DNA from: a virus
Virus record (IMG/VR): IMGVR_UViG_3300033149_003459
Location: 7,985-71,984 of that record
Strand: one strand, 5' to 3'
DNA length: 64,000 nt
Position 1 is the stretch's first letter. Each line of letters opens with the position of its first letter. This document shows positions 36,246 through 45,699 of the stretch, piece by piece. The notes beneath the pieces are model-generated. The model did no database searches, had not been told where the DNA came from, and saw only the letters and a program-made list of their open reading frames with translations. The translations under genes and the position numbers were made by a program.

Positions 36246-36924
36246 GGTCATGCTCGTCACCGGGGCGAGCTCCGGCATAGGGATGCGCCTGGCATCGTGG
36301 TACAGGGAGGGCGGATGGACGGTCATAGGCTGCTCGCGCCGCCGCGCCGCAGGCCTGGACGCGCACCATTGCGTCGACCTGACCGACGACGCCGACATAG
36401 ACAGCATGTTCTACGAGATAGGAAAGGAGTACGGTCGCGTGGACGCCGTCATAAACGCGGCCGGCATGGCGCGGATGAACCACATGATGACCGTCACTGT
36501 GCGCGGGCTCCGCGCGATGATGGACGTCAACTACGTGGCGGCGTTCCACGTGATCCAGCGGGCCGCAAGGATCATGCCGGACGGCAGGGGCCGGATAGTG
36601 AACGTGTCTTCCGTGGCCGCGCACCTGCACCTGGGGGGCGAGCTCGGCTACGCGGCGAGCAAGGCCGCCGTTGAGGAGATGACGCGCGTCGCGGCCATGG
36701 AGCTCGGGCCGCGCGGGATCACGGTCAACGCCGTCGCGCCGAACCCGGTCAGGACGCCGCTGACCGACGGCGTGCCGGAGGAGAAGATGCGGGCCATAAT
36801 CGACCGCCAGGCCATCCGGCGCTGGGGAAGGGCGGCCGACGTGAAGAACGTCGTCGACTTCTTTCTCAGCCCCGATAGCGGGCTCGTCACCGGGCAGGTC
36901 ATAGTCCTCGGGGGGCCGACATGA
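36235..36924 (+). CDS. SDR family 3-oxoacyl-ACP reductase-like
   Basis: TGASSGIG, NAAG, SS, YAASK. Confidence 0.92.
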   Translation: MENRVMLVTGASSGIGMRLASWYREGGWTVIGCSRRRAAGLDAHHCVDLTDDADIDSMFYEIGKEYGRVDAVINAAGMARMNHMMTVTVRGLRAMMDVNYVAAFHVIQRAARIMPDGRGRIVNVSSVAAHLHLGGELGYAASKAAVEEMTRVAAMELGPRGITVNAVAPNPVRTPLTDGVPEEKMRAIIDRQAIRRWGRAADVKNVVDFFLSPDSGLVTGQVIVLGGPT

Positions 36925-38225
36925 GGCGCGCGCTGCTTGAGGGGTACGGGGAGGCCACGTACCTGCTGGGCGACAGCGGCAGGCACACGTACGCGGAGCT
37001 GTGCGACGGCGTGGAGACGGCGCGCCGCCAGTTCAGGGAGCAGGGCGTCAGGCGGGGCGACGTCATAGCCATGCGCGGGGACTTCGACCACGACTCCATC
37101 CGGACGCTGCTCGCGCTCATGCGGGCTGGCTGCATCGTCGTGCCGATACGCTACGGCGTGCTTGGCAGCGACTTCTACCGTGACGCGCACGTCGAGAAGA
37201 TATTCGATCCCGAGGACGGGGTCGCGCACACGCTGAAGGCGCGGGACCGGAAAGCTCCTAAGCTTTACCGGCACCTGCGCCGACGCCGCCTGCCGGGGCT
37301 CGTCCTCACGTCCTCCGGCTCGTCCGGGAAGCCGAAGGTCGTCGTGCACGACGGCCGCAGGTTCCTCGCGAAATACGGGCCGGACGGGAAGCGCCTCCGC
37401 ACGCTGGCGTACCTGATGTTCGACCACGTCGGTGGGCTCAACACGCTCTTCTACACGCTGGCCGCGGGCGGGACGCTCATAGTGCCGCGGAGCAGGCGCC
37501 CGTCCGTGGTGATGGAGGAGGTGTCCAGGTACGGGGTCGAGCTGCTGCCGGTGACGCCGACGTTCCTTAACATGGCGCTCGTGGACGGCGGTTATGAGGG
37601 GCTCGACATGTCGAGCCTGCGGTGCATAAGCTACGGGACGGAGCCGATGCCGCCGAGCGTGCTCGACAGGCTCGGGAAGGCGTTCCCCGGCGTGCGCCTG
37701 AAGCAGACGTACGGTCTGTCCGAGACCGGCATACTGTCCACCAGGTCGGAGTCGGACGCCTCGCTGCGCATGCGCCTCGACCCGAGGCAGTACAAGGTGG
37801 TCGACGGCACGCTCAGGCTCAGGACGCGCACGAGCATGCTTGGGTACCTTAACGCGCCGAGCCCGTTCGACCGGCAGGGGTACTTCGACACGCAGGACCG
37901 CGTCACGGTAGAGGGCGGGTACGTCCGCGTGCTCGGCAAGGACAGCGACACGATAAACGTCGGCGGGCTCAAGGTCTCGCCCGTGGAGGTCGAGTCCGTG
38001 CTGCTGGCCTGCCCACTGGTGGAGGACTGCGTCGTGTACGGCGAGAGGAGCGCGCTCACCGGGCAGGTGGTGTGCGCCGACGTCACGCCGAAGGACGTCG
38101 ACGCGGTGGACGTGCAGCTGTGGTGCATGGAGCGGCTCAGGCCGTTCGCGGTGCCGAGGAAGCTGCGGGCCGTGCGGAGCATCCCGTACACCGAGCGGCT
38201 GAAGAAGGCGCGGCCGAATGGGTGA
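36921..38225 (+). CDS. AMP-binding (ANL) acyl-ACP/CoA ligase
   Basis: TSSGSSGKPK, YGLSETG, INVGGLKVSPVEVE, KK. Confidence 0.9.
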   Translation: MRRALLEGYGEATYLLGDSGRHTYAELCDGVETARRQFREQGVRRGDVIAMRGDFDHDSIRTLLALMRAGCIVVPIRYGVLGSDFYRDAHVEKIFDPEDGVAHTLKARDRKAPKLYRHLRRRRLPGLVLTSSGSSGKPKVVVHDGRRFLAKYGPDGKRLRTLAYLMFDHVGGLNTLFYTLAAGGTLIVPRSRRPSVVMEEVSRYGVELLPVTPTFLNMALVDGGYEGLDMSSLRCISYGTEPMPPSVLDRLGKAFPGVRLKQTYGLSETGILSTRSESDASLRMRLDPRQYKVVDGTLRLRTRTSMLGYLNAPSPFDRQGYFDTQDRVTVEGGYVRVLGKDSDTINVGGLKVSPVEVESVLLACPLVEDCVVYGERSALTGQVVCADVTPKDVDAVDVQLWCMERLRPFAVPRKLRAVRSIPYTERLKKARPNG

Positions 38226-38913
38226 CTATGTGGTCCATGGCGACGTGACCGTGGGTGATGGCTCCACCATCGAGCCGTACTGCGTGCTCGGTTCCGACCA
38301 CGGGCCGCTGAGCATCGGGTACGACGCCACGATACGCAGCCACACCGTCATATACGGGGACAGCGTGATAGGAGACGGCCTGACGACCGGGCACCACGTC
38401 GTCATACGCGGGCGCTCGGTGATCGGGAACTGGTTCCGCATAGGGACGTTTTCCATCGTCGAGGGCCACGTCAGGATCGGGGACTGCGTGAGGACGCAGT
38501 CCGGCTGCCAGCTGTCGCCGGGCGCGGTCATAGGGGACTTCGTGTGGCTGTTCCCGAACGTGCAGTTCACCAACGACCCGATGCCCCCGTCCGGGACCGT
38601 GGACGGGGTTCGCGTCGACGACCTCGCCGTCGTGTGCACCAACGTGCTGCTCCATCCCGGGGTGCGCGTGGGCTTCGCCGCGTTCGTGGCGGCGAACAGC
38701 GTGGTCAAGGAGGACGTGCCGCCGTGCGTGGTGGCGGCGGGAGACCCGGCGAGGGTTGTGTGCCGGGCGGACAAGATGTTCAAGGACGGCGTGCCTTGGA
38801 CAGGATGGACGGAGAAGTACCGCCAGACGTACCCCGAGGGCCTTCGGGGCCGGTTCGATGAATTGGTTCTCAGGAGGAACCAGCACTTGACAAACATCGC
38901 TCCGGGGCTGTAG
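38218..38913 (+). CDS. Hexapeptide-repeat sugar N-acyltransferase (WbpD/FdtC-like)
   Basis: Left-handed beta-helix repeats, FTNDPMPPS, VKEDVP..VAAGDPAR. Confidence 0.85.
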   Translation: MGDYVVHGDVTVGDGSTIEPYCVLGSDHGPLSIGYDATIRSHTVIYGDSVIGDGLTTGHHVVIRGRSVIGNWFRIGTFSIVEGHVRIGDCVRTQSGCQLSPGAVIGDFVWLFPNVQFTNDPMPPSGTVDGVRVDDLAVVCTNVLLHPGVRVGFAAFVAANSVVKEDVPPCVVAAGDPARVVCRADKMFKDGVPWTGWTEKYRQTYPEGLRGRFDELVLRRNQHLTNIAPGL

Positions 38914-38916
38914 AGT
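38887..38916 (+). promoter_or_regulatory. Promoter for scaffold and capsid genes
   Basis: TTGACA-18 bp-TAGAGT. Confidence 0.45.
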
Positions 38917-38935
38917 TCTCAATAGGGGGAAGCGC

Positions 38936-39703
38936 ATGCTTGCGAACGAAGGGCGGCTGTGGCCGCTTCTTGACCTGGGGTGGTTCTCGGATTCCGATAA
39001 GGGCGGAGAGCCGCCTGATGAGGGGGGCGCTGAAGAAGCGTCCAATCCGGAAGAGATCGAGGATGAGGAAGTCGAACAGGCTCTTGTGACCGAGGAGATA
39101 AACGTCGACGACGTCGACGACCCCGCGGAGCTCAAGAGCATCATCAAGCAGATAGACGACGAGAACCGTCAGCTGTCGTCGTCAAACAAGAAGCTCGCGA
39201 GCCTCGCCCGCGAGAGGCTCCATGAGATCATGGAGAAGAAGAACAAGCTGAAGGCGCTGCAGGACGAGCAGGACGAGAAGAAGCTCGCCGAGCTGAAGGA
39301 GAAGGAGCAGTACAAGGCCGCGCTGGACAGGATCGAGCCCCAGTACGAGGTGCTCAAGTCAGACGCAGCCAAGACCGTGGCCTTCTTCGAGGAGGAGTTC
39401 TCCGAGCTGAAGGAGGAGCTCCCAGAGGAGTACCACCACCTGATACCTGACGGGGACATCCGCCAGCGCATCGCGTGGATACGGAAGTTCAAGAAGACTG
39501 TTGTTGAGAAGGCGGCTCCGAGCGTGGAGACGCCCGCACCGGCACCTGGAAAGAAGAGAAGCGTTGGCGGCGCGGACACACCGCCGGAGAAACCGCCGGG
39601 CACGCGCCCGGACGTCGAGAAGATCGAGCAGGCGATCCAGAATGCGAGCTCCCCTGCGGAGCTTGAGGCTATCGTCAGCGGGGTGCAGAGCGCAGTCCGG
39701 TGA
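38936..39703 (+). CDS. Capsid scaffolding protein
   Basis: Acidic coiled coil immediately before the capsid gene; N-terminal LDLGWF/S motif. Confidence 0.78.
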   Translation: MLANEGRLWPLLDLGWFSDSDKGGEPPDEGGAEEASNPEEIEDEEVEQALVTEEINVDDVDDPAELKSIIKQIDDENRQLSSSNKKLASLARERLHEIMEKKNKLKALQDEQDEKKLAELKEKEQYKAALDRIEPQYEVLKSDAAKTVAFFEEEFSELKEELPEEYHHLIPDGDIRQRIAWIRKFKKTVVEKAAPSVETPAPAPGKKRSVGGADTPPEKPPGTRPDVEKIEQAIQNASSPAELEAIVSGVQSAVR

Positions 39704-39732
39704 CACCGATACCAATCGAAGGATAAGCTATC

Positions 39733-40677
39733 ATGGCTATCACTGACACTGGGACGTTGACGGGCCTGGTACGGACCGCCTACTCCAAGGCCGTGGAGTT
39801 CAGCTTCCAGCCCCAGCTTTACTTCTCGCAGTTCGCGCAGACGAAAAGGTGGGACATCAACCAGGGCGACCCCATGCCGGGGAACGTCGTCACGTTCACG
39901 ATCTTCAACGCGCTCACGGAGGCAACCGGGGCGCTGACCGAGACTGCCGATCCTACTCCGGAGACGCTGGGCAAGACCCAGAAGTCCGTCACCCTGTACG
40001 AGTACGGCAAGCTCATCACCACCTCGCGCAAGCTGCGCACGCTCAGCTTCGCGAACATCGACCTGGCCGTTGGCCGCGTGGTCGGCGACAACATGGGCCG
40101 GTCCGTGGACCTCATCGCCCGCGGGGCGTTCGACAGCCAGACCGGGTCCACCTACGTGCTGTACGCGAGCGGCACGAGCGCGACGGACATCGTCGCCAGC
40201 TCCACCCTCGCGGCATCGGACGTCCGCTACGCCAGGAACAGGCTCGCGCGGAACAACGTCCCGAAGATCGACGGCAGGTTCTATGTCGCCATCGCGCACC
40301 CTGACGTCATCCATGACCTCCGGGCCGAGACCGGCTCCGGCGCATGGAGAGCCCCGAAGGAGTACGTGGACCCGGAAGAGGTCTACAACGGGGAGATCGG
40401 GGAGTTCGAGGGGTTCCGGTTCGTGGAGACAACGAACGCGGCCCTCACCTCTGACGGCGCGTCCGGAAGCGTCGACCTGTACACCACGTACTTCGTTGGC
40501 TTCCAGGCCATGGCGTACGCCGAGGGCATCCCGCCCGCCATGGGAATCTCGGGACCCTTCGACGCGATGCAGCGCCTGATGCACGTGTACTGGTACGGGC
40601 TCTTCGGCTTCGGGGAGCTTCGGCCGGAAGCGCTGTTCAAGGTTTACAGCGCGAGCTCCGTCGGCGCGAACAGCTAA
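39733..40677 (+). CDS. Major capsid protein (N4-gp56-like family)
   Basis: G..VTFT, LTE..DP, VTLYEYG, AIAHPDVIHDL, GEIGEFEGFRFVET. Confidence 0.9.
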   Translation: MAITDTGTLTGLVRTAYSKAVEFSFQPQLYFSQFAQTKRWDINQGDPMPGNVVTFTIFNALTEATGALTETADPTPETLGKTQKSVTLYEYGKLITTSRKLRTLSFANIDLAVGRVVGDNMGRSVDLIARGAFDSQTGSTYVLYASGTSATDIVASSTLAASDVRYARNRLARNNVPKIDGRFYVAIAHPDVIHDLRAETGSGAWRAPKEYVDPEEVYNGEIGEFEGFRFVETTNAALTSDGASGSVDLYTTYFVGFQAMAYAEGIPPAMGISGPFDAMQRLMHVYWYGLFGFGELRPEALFKVYSASSVGANS

Positions 40678-40708
40678 GAGGCTGCGCGTGCCTGATAGTG
40701 CCAACATT

Positions 40709-40742
40709 GGGGGCCGGTCCGCATGGGCTGGCCCCCTTTTGT
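40709..40742 (+). terminator. Rho-independent terminator after the capsid gene
   Basis: GGGGGCCGGTCC-GCAT-GGGCTGGCCCCC followed by TTTTGT. Confidence 0.8.
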
Positions 40743-40887
40743 CTGGAGGTCACCGTGTCCTGGTTCGGGGACGGTGAGCGCCACAGCCGCGCCCGCCACA
40801 AGGGCGTGGCCCGCCGGGTCGAGCGGCTGCTCAGGGAGAGGCCCGTCAGGCCCGGCAAGGTCAGGATGGATATAAGGAGAGAGGGAG

Positions 40888-43047
40888 ATGCCCGAAGAGA
40901 GCCGCGCGACGGTTAGCGTTGCCATGATCGTGAAGAACGAGGCCGAGACAATCGAGCTGTGCCTGCAGTCGGTGCGGTCGCAGGTGGACGAGATCGTATG
41001 CCTGGTGGACGACACCACCACGGACAACACGTTCGAGCTGGCGAGGGAGTACGCCGACGTGGTGGACTACTTCCACTGGGAGGACAACTTCTCCAAGGCG
41101 CGGAACGACGCCATCGACATGTGCACGAAGGACTTCGTGTGGGTGCTCGACGGGCATGAGGTGCTGCACCCCGGCTCGCGGCAGGTGCTCGACGACCTGC
41201 TGCGCAGGCTGAAGCGCGGCGGCGACCTCGACGACACGGACGTCATCAGCGCGAACATCTACATGAACCCGGAGAACACCGGCGACCTGAGCAAGATGAC
41301 GCCGAACATATGCTTCCTGCAGCCGAGGATGTTCCGCAACGTTCCGGAGCTCCGGTACAGGGGCCGCGTTCACAACTGGCTCGACACGGATGCCGCCAAT
41401 GGGCTGAAGCGCCCGGTGTTCGAGTTCGTGATCATCCACCAGCGCACCTCCGAAAATGCCGAGGCCCGGGTGCAACAGCGGCGGGAGATGAACATCGACC
41501 TGCTGAAGCTCGACATCGAGGAGAACCCGGAGGAACCGAGGGCCTACTTCTACCTCGCGCAGACGTACATGGAGCTGGACGAGGTCGACTCGGCGCTTGA
41601 GTGGTACGGGAGGTACGTCGAGCTGTCGAAGTGGAACGCCGAGAAGGCGCAGGCCATGCTCCAGATGGCGCACCTGCGCGCCCGGAAGGGGGACCCCGAC
41701 GGTGCGCGGGCGACCCTGCTCGACGCCATGAAGCTCGACTGGGAGAGGGCCGAGATATACATCCTGCTCGGCGACCTCGCCTTCCAGAAAGAGCAGTGGT
41801 ACGAGGCCGAGCACTGGTACCTCATGGCGAAGGACATGCGGCTGCCTATCAGCGGGATGTTCCTGCACGGTCCCGCGTACTCGTACCTGCCGTACGCCAA
41901 GCTCGCCGGCGTCTACTCGCAGGTGCAGGAGTGGTTCGAGGCCGTGAAGAACGGGGAGAAGTCCATCGAGCTCGGGAACACGAACGAGGAGCTGGTACAG
42001 AAGCTGCACACGTGGTACGAGCTGATAGGCATAGAGCGCGATCGGAAGAACATAATCATCTATGACAACACGCTGCGGTTCACGTTCATAAAGGACCTGC
42101 GCGAGCGCATGAACGAGCGGTACAACACGGCCATCGGCCTGTCGTGGAACAAGCAGGGGCTCTACGACCCGGAGTACAGCCAGTGGGCCGACATCATATG
42201 GATGGAGTGGCTCTCTGACGACGCGGTGCGCATGACGAAGTTCCCGAAGCCGGAGCACCAGGTGTGGATCGTCAGGCTGCACGGCTACGAGCTGTGGCGG
42301 CCGCACAGGATGCTGAACATCGACTTCAGGAAGGTCGACTGCCTCGTGTTCGTCGCCGAGCACACGCGCAGGCACTTCATGAGCCTGTACGGCGGGTCGC
42401 TGCCGCAGGGGTTCAGGACCGAGGTCATACACAACGGCGTCAACGTCGACCAGTTCGCGTTCGCCAGGCGGGAGCACAGCACCAAGAAGAACATCGGCGT
42501 CATAGGCGTGTTCACATCGAAGAAGGGCGTGGAGCGGCTCGCCATGGTCATACGGCACTTCGCCAAGCACCGGCCGGAGTACAGGTTCCTGCTCCGCATC
42601 GACGTGCCGGAGGTCACGGGGATGGAGTACTTCTCCTTCCAGCACGACCTCGGCGGCGTGGGCAACTGGGAGGTCGTCCCGCGGGTCGAGTCCATGGACG
42701 GCTGGATGGAGGACCTGAAGTTCGTCCTGTCCACGAGCAACATAGAGTCGTTCAGCTACGTGGTCGCCGAGGGCATGGCGAAGGGCATCAAGCCGCTGAT
42801 CTACGACTGGTACGGCGCGCGCGACCTGTGGCCGGACGACCTCATATGGGGCGACTTCGAGGAGCTTGAGGCGCTGGTGGACGGCCCGTACGAGAGCGGG
42901 CGGTACAGGAAGTGGGTCGAGGACCGCTACAGCCTGGACATCCAGGCGGAGCGGACGTTCGAGCTGTTCGAGGGGCTGTCTACCGGGAGGGCGGCGAAGG
43001 TCGCCGCCGACACGGCCGTCCTCGTCGAAGAGAAGGACGCGCCATGA
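40888..43047 (+). CDS. GT2 + TPR + GT4 multidomain glycosyltransferase
   Basis: MIVKNEA, FSKARN, LDGHE, TPR (PRAYFYLAQTY), IHNGV, ESFSYVVAEGMAKG. Confidence 0.88.
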   Translation: MPEESRATVSVAMIVKNEAETIELCLQSVRSQVDEIVCLVDDTTTDNTFELAREYADVVDYFHWEDNFSKARNDAIDMCTKDFVWVLDGHEVLHPGSRQVLDDLLRRLKRGGDLDDTDVISANIYMNPENTGDLSKMTPNICFLQPRMFRNVPELRYRGRVHNWLDTDAANGLKRPVFEFVIIHQRTSENAEARVQQRREMNIDLLKLDIEENPEEPRAYFYLAQTYMELDEVDSALEWYGRYVELSKWNAEKAQAMLQMAHLRARKGDPDGARATLLDAMKLDWERAEIYILLGDLAFQKEQWYEAEHWYLMAKDMRLPISGMFLHGPAYSYLPYAKLAGVYSQVQEWFEAVKNGEKSIELGNTNEELVQKLHTWYELIGIERDRKNIIIYDNTLRFTFIKDLRERMNERYNTAIGLSWNKQGLYDPEYSQWADIIWMEWLSDDAVRMTKFPKPEHQVWIVRLHGYELWRPHRMLNIDFRKVDCLVFVAEHTRRHFMSLYGGSLPQGFRTEVIHNGVNVDQFAFARREHSTKKNIGVIGVFTSKKGVERLAMVIRHFAKHRPEYRFLLRIDVPEVTGMEYFSFQHDLGGVGNWEVVPRVESMDGWMEDLKFVLSTSNIESFSYVVAEGMAKGIKPLIYDWYGARDLWPDDLIWGDFEELEALVDGPYESGRYRKWVEDRYSLDIQAERTFELFEGLSTGRAAKVAADTAVLVEEKDAP

Positions 43048-43958
43048 GCGGGCTCATCACCATAGCCGTGCCGGTGTACAACGAGCGGGCCGACCTGCTG
43101 GCGCAGGCGCTCGACTCGTTCGAGGCGCAGACGTACCCGGACGTGGAGGTCATCGTCGTCGACGACGGCTCCACCGACGAGGGGACGCTCGGGGTCATCG
43201 AGGAGCACAGCGCGCACGACCGCGTGCGGGTGTTCCGGCGCGAGCGCGACTCCGCGTTCCGGTCCGTCAGCCAGGCCGTCAACGTCGCGCTTGAGAACGC
43301 CCGAGGGTCATGGTGGCACCACGACGCGGCCGACTGCTGGCTTGAGCCGACGTGGGCGGCCGACGTGATGGAGTTCATCGCTGGCCGCGAGGACTCGGTC
43401 GGCGGGGTGCACACCGACTTCGTGACGCACCATTTCGACGGGCACGAGACGCACCATAGGGTGCGGAACGTCTACGACCCGAAGCTCTCGACGTTCGAGA
43501 ACTACCGCAGGCACGAGTCGCTCGGCGGCTGGCTGTTCAGGATGGAGAACGCGCGCAGGGCCGGGCCGTGGGACGAGCGGTTCCCACGCAAGCAGACGCG
43601 CGAGTGGACGCTTCGGGTGCTGCAGCTCGCCGACCTCGTGTACCTGCCGAGGGAGGAGTGGCACTTCATCTTCCACGAGGCCGACCAGATGAAGCGCAAC
43701 GCCTCGATCAAGTACCGCGTGCTCGGCGACCTGAAGAACGGGTGGCCGCTGAAGGAGAACATGTCGTGGGCGCTGTCTGACAGGAAGATGACGCTCGCCA
43801 TGGTCGAGGCGTTCCGGGAGTTCTTCCAGGACGCGCAGTGGTCCCACGAGCGGGAGCACTCCTACCACGCGCTTGAGGTGGCAAGGATAAGAGAGGTCAC
43901 TGACGGGGAGGCGTCAGAGGACTGGGACTCCCCAGCACCGGTGGAAAAGAACGAGTAG
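43044..43958 (+). CDS. GT2 glycosyltransferase
   Basis: VPVYN, VVDDGSTD, DAAD. Confidence 0.88.
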   Translation: MSGLITIAVPVYNERADLLAQALDSFEAQTYPDVEVIVVDDGSTDEGTLGVIEEHSAHDRVRVFRRERDSAFRSVSQAVNVALENARGSWWHHDAADCWLEPTWAADVMEFIAGREDSVGGVHTDFVTHHFDGHETHHRVRNVYDPKLSTFENYRRHESLGGWLFRMENARRAGPWDERFPRKQTREWTLRVLQLADLVYLPREEWHFIFHEADQMKRNASIKYRVLGDLKNGWPLKENMSWALSDRKMTLAMVEAFREFFQDAQWSHEREHSYHALEVARIREVTDGEASEDWDSPAPVEKNE

Positions 43959-43995
43959 GGGGCGTGTTTTGCGCGCACCAATAATCGGAATCCAC

Positions 43996-44211
43996 ATGGG
44001 CGTGATCGCCCGCGCGCGGGGGAGCAAGTACGTGCCGTACAGCTCCCGCGTCACCGTCAAGGGTGAGCCGGGCGGTCCGTACCCGCCCGCCAAGAAGCGG
44101 AGGAAGAAGGGCAAGGGCCGTGGCTGGCATGGGGACAGCGCCGGGCACCGGGCCGCGGCGCAGAAGCGGAAGATGGGCCGCAGGGCCAGGCGCATGATGA
44201 GGAGGCGATGA
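43996..44211 (+). CDS. Small very basic protein
   Basis: KKRRKKGKGRGWHGDSAGH. Confidence 0.5.
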   Translation: MGVIARARGSKYVPYSSRVTVKGEPGGPYPPAKKRRKKGKGRGWHGDSAGHRAAAQKRKMGRRARRMMRRR

Positions 44212-44212
44212 C

Positions 44213-44641
44213 ATGGCATGGCCGCAGACGCACCTGAGCACGGTTGACGAGCTGAAGCGGGACCTCCCCGCGGTGGTGGACGCCTCGATAGACGAGGCGC
44301 TGTTGCAGGCGAACATCGAGGACGCGCAGGACGAGGTGTACGATGACCTGTCCAAGTACGTAGACTGGGAGAAGATAGAGGACCTCGACGAGATCCCGCG
44401 CGTGCTGAACCGCCTGTGCCGGTACCGGGCGGCGTACCTGACCATCATCAGGCAGTGGCGCAACGACGACTCTGCGCTGCTGAACGACGAGCTCGGGAAC
44501 AGCATCCTAAAGCACTTCGGCGACCGGTACGACGCGCTGCTGGACAAGATAGCCACGGGGGCGATAGTCATCCTCGACAGCTCGCATGACTCGCTTGAGA
44601 TGGACGAGGTGCGCGAGCTCGGCCCGGGGAGGATCGTGTGA
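44213..44641 (+). CDS. Head-tail adaptor (Mu gp36-like)
   Basis: IEDAQDEV...IPRVL...RYDALLDKIATG; position after the head genes. Confidence 0.65.
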   Translation: MAWPQTHLSTVDELKRDLPAVVDASIDEALLQANIEDAQDEVYDDLSKYVDWEKIEDLDEIPRVLNRLCRYRAAYLTIIRQWRNDDSALLNDELGNSILKHFGDRYDALLDKIATGAIVILDSSHDSLEMDEVRELGPGRIV

Positions 44642-45123
44642 TAAGCGTCGATATAGACCTCCGGGAGTGGGAGGGGGTGTCCGGCAGGCTGTCGGACATA
44701 TCCGCCCACCCGGAGAAGTACAAGCTGTTCAGCGGCATGGCGAACCTGCTGCTGCGCTCGTGGTGGGCCGAGACCTTCCGGCTCGGCGGCGCGCGGAGGG
44801 GGCACCAGGCGTGGGTCCCGCTGAATCCGGACTACCTGGAGTGGAAGATGCGGCAGGGCAAGGCCAAGACTATCATGCAGTACACGGGGGACCTGCTCGG
44901 GAGCATCAACTCGGGCGACCCGAGCACCGGCGGGATCATCGATCGGGGCACGTCGTGGCTCGTGTGGGGGACGCAGATACCGTACGCGCGCCACCACCAG
45001 GAGGGCGGCACCGTGCAGGGGCGGCCGCCCAAGCGCGAGCTGCTGTTCATCACGGGCGAGGACCGCGACGAGATGCAGCGGTTCACGGCGAGCTTCATTG
45101 ACCGCGAGCTCGGAACTGCGTAG
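44638..45123 (+). CDS. Virion morphogenesis/tail completion protein (Mu gpG-like)
   Basis: WVPL, TGDLLGSI, GTQIPYARHHQEGG, PKRELL. Confidence 0.8.
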   Translation: MISVDIDLREWEGVSGRLSDISAHPEKYKLFSGMANLLLRSWWAETFRLGGARRGHQAWVPLNPDYLEWKMRQGKAKTIMQYTGDLLGSINSGDPSTGGIIDRGTSWLVWGTQIPYARHHQEGGTVQGRPPKRELLFITGEDRDEMQRFTASFIDRELGTA

Positions 45124-45132
45124 GATGTAGGC

Positions 45133-45615
45133 ATGGCGGCACCGACACGGCAGTACATGGAGGACGCGCTGGACGAGGTCAAGGACTACCTCGACAGCAA
45201 CCTCGCCACGTACCTCACCACGGTGAGGACGAACCGGAGCGACACGGACACGCCCGACCCGGCCCTTATCTGCGTCGGGCACAGCGCCAAGAACCTGTAC
45301 CCGAAGATGGAGCTGCTGCCGGAGAGCACGCCGCACGACTACGGGCCGGACGCCGCGCCGCTGGTCCGCCCGTGGCTGACGCACAACATCATAGTCAGGG
45401 TGACGCACCGGTCGACGGCGGCGCAGCTTGTGGAAAAGGCGTTATTGCGATACAGTGAGGCGATGAACCGCCTGCAGGAGGCGGACGACACGTTCGGGGG
45501 CGTGTTCGCGTGGATACAGATCGGCGAGGAGGACTACTCGCCGATGATGGAGAACCAGGAGAACAGGGAGGCGCTTCAGGTGCTTCTCGTGCCCCTCGTG
45601 TGCAGGACGTTATGA
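45133..45615 (+). CDS. Putative tail terminator
   Basis: Position and size. Confidence 0.5.
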   Translation: MAAPTRQYMEDALDEVKDYLDSNLATYLTTVRTNRSDTDTPDPALICVGHSAKNLYPKMELLPESTPHDYGPDAAPLVRPWLTHNIIVRVTHRSTAAQLVEKALLRYSEAMNRLQEADDTFGGVFAWIQIGEEDYSPMMENQENREALQVLLVPLVCRTL

Positions 45616-45699
45616 GGAAGAGGTACCCGCGCGGTACGAACACCGATCCAGGACGGGACGGCGACACAAACGTAAACTCCATCTAAGGAGAGGCACAAA

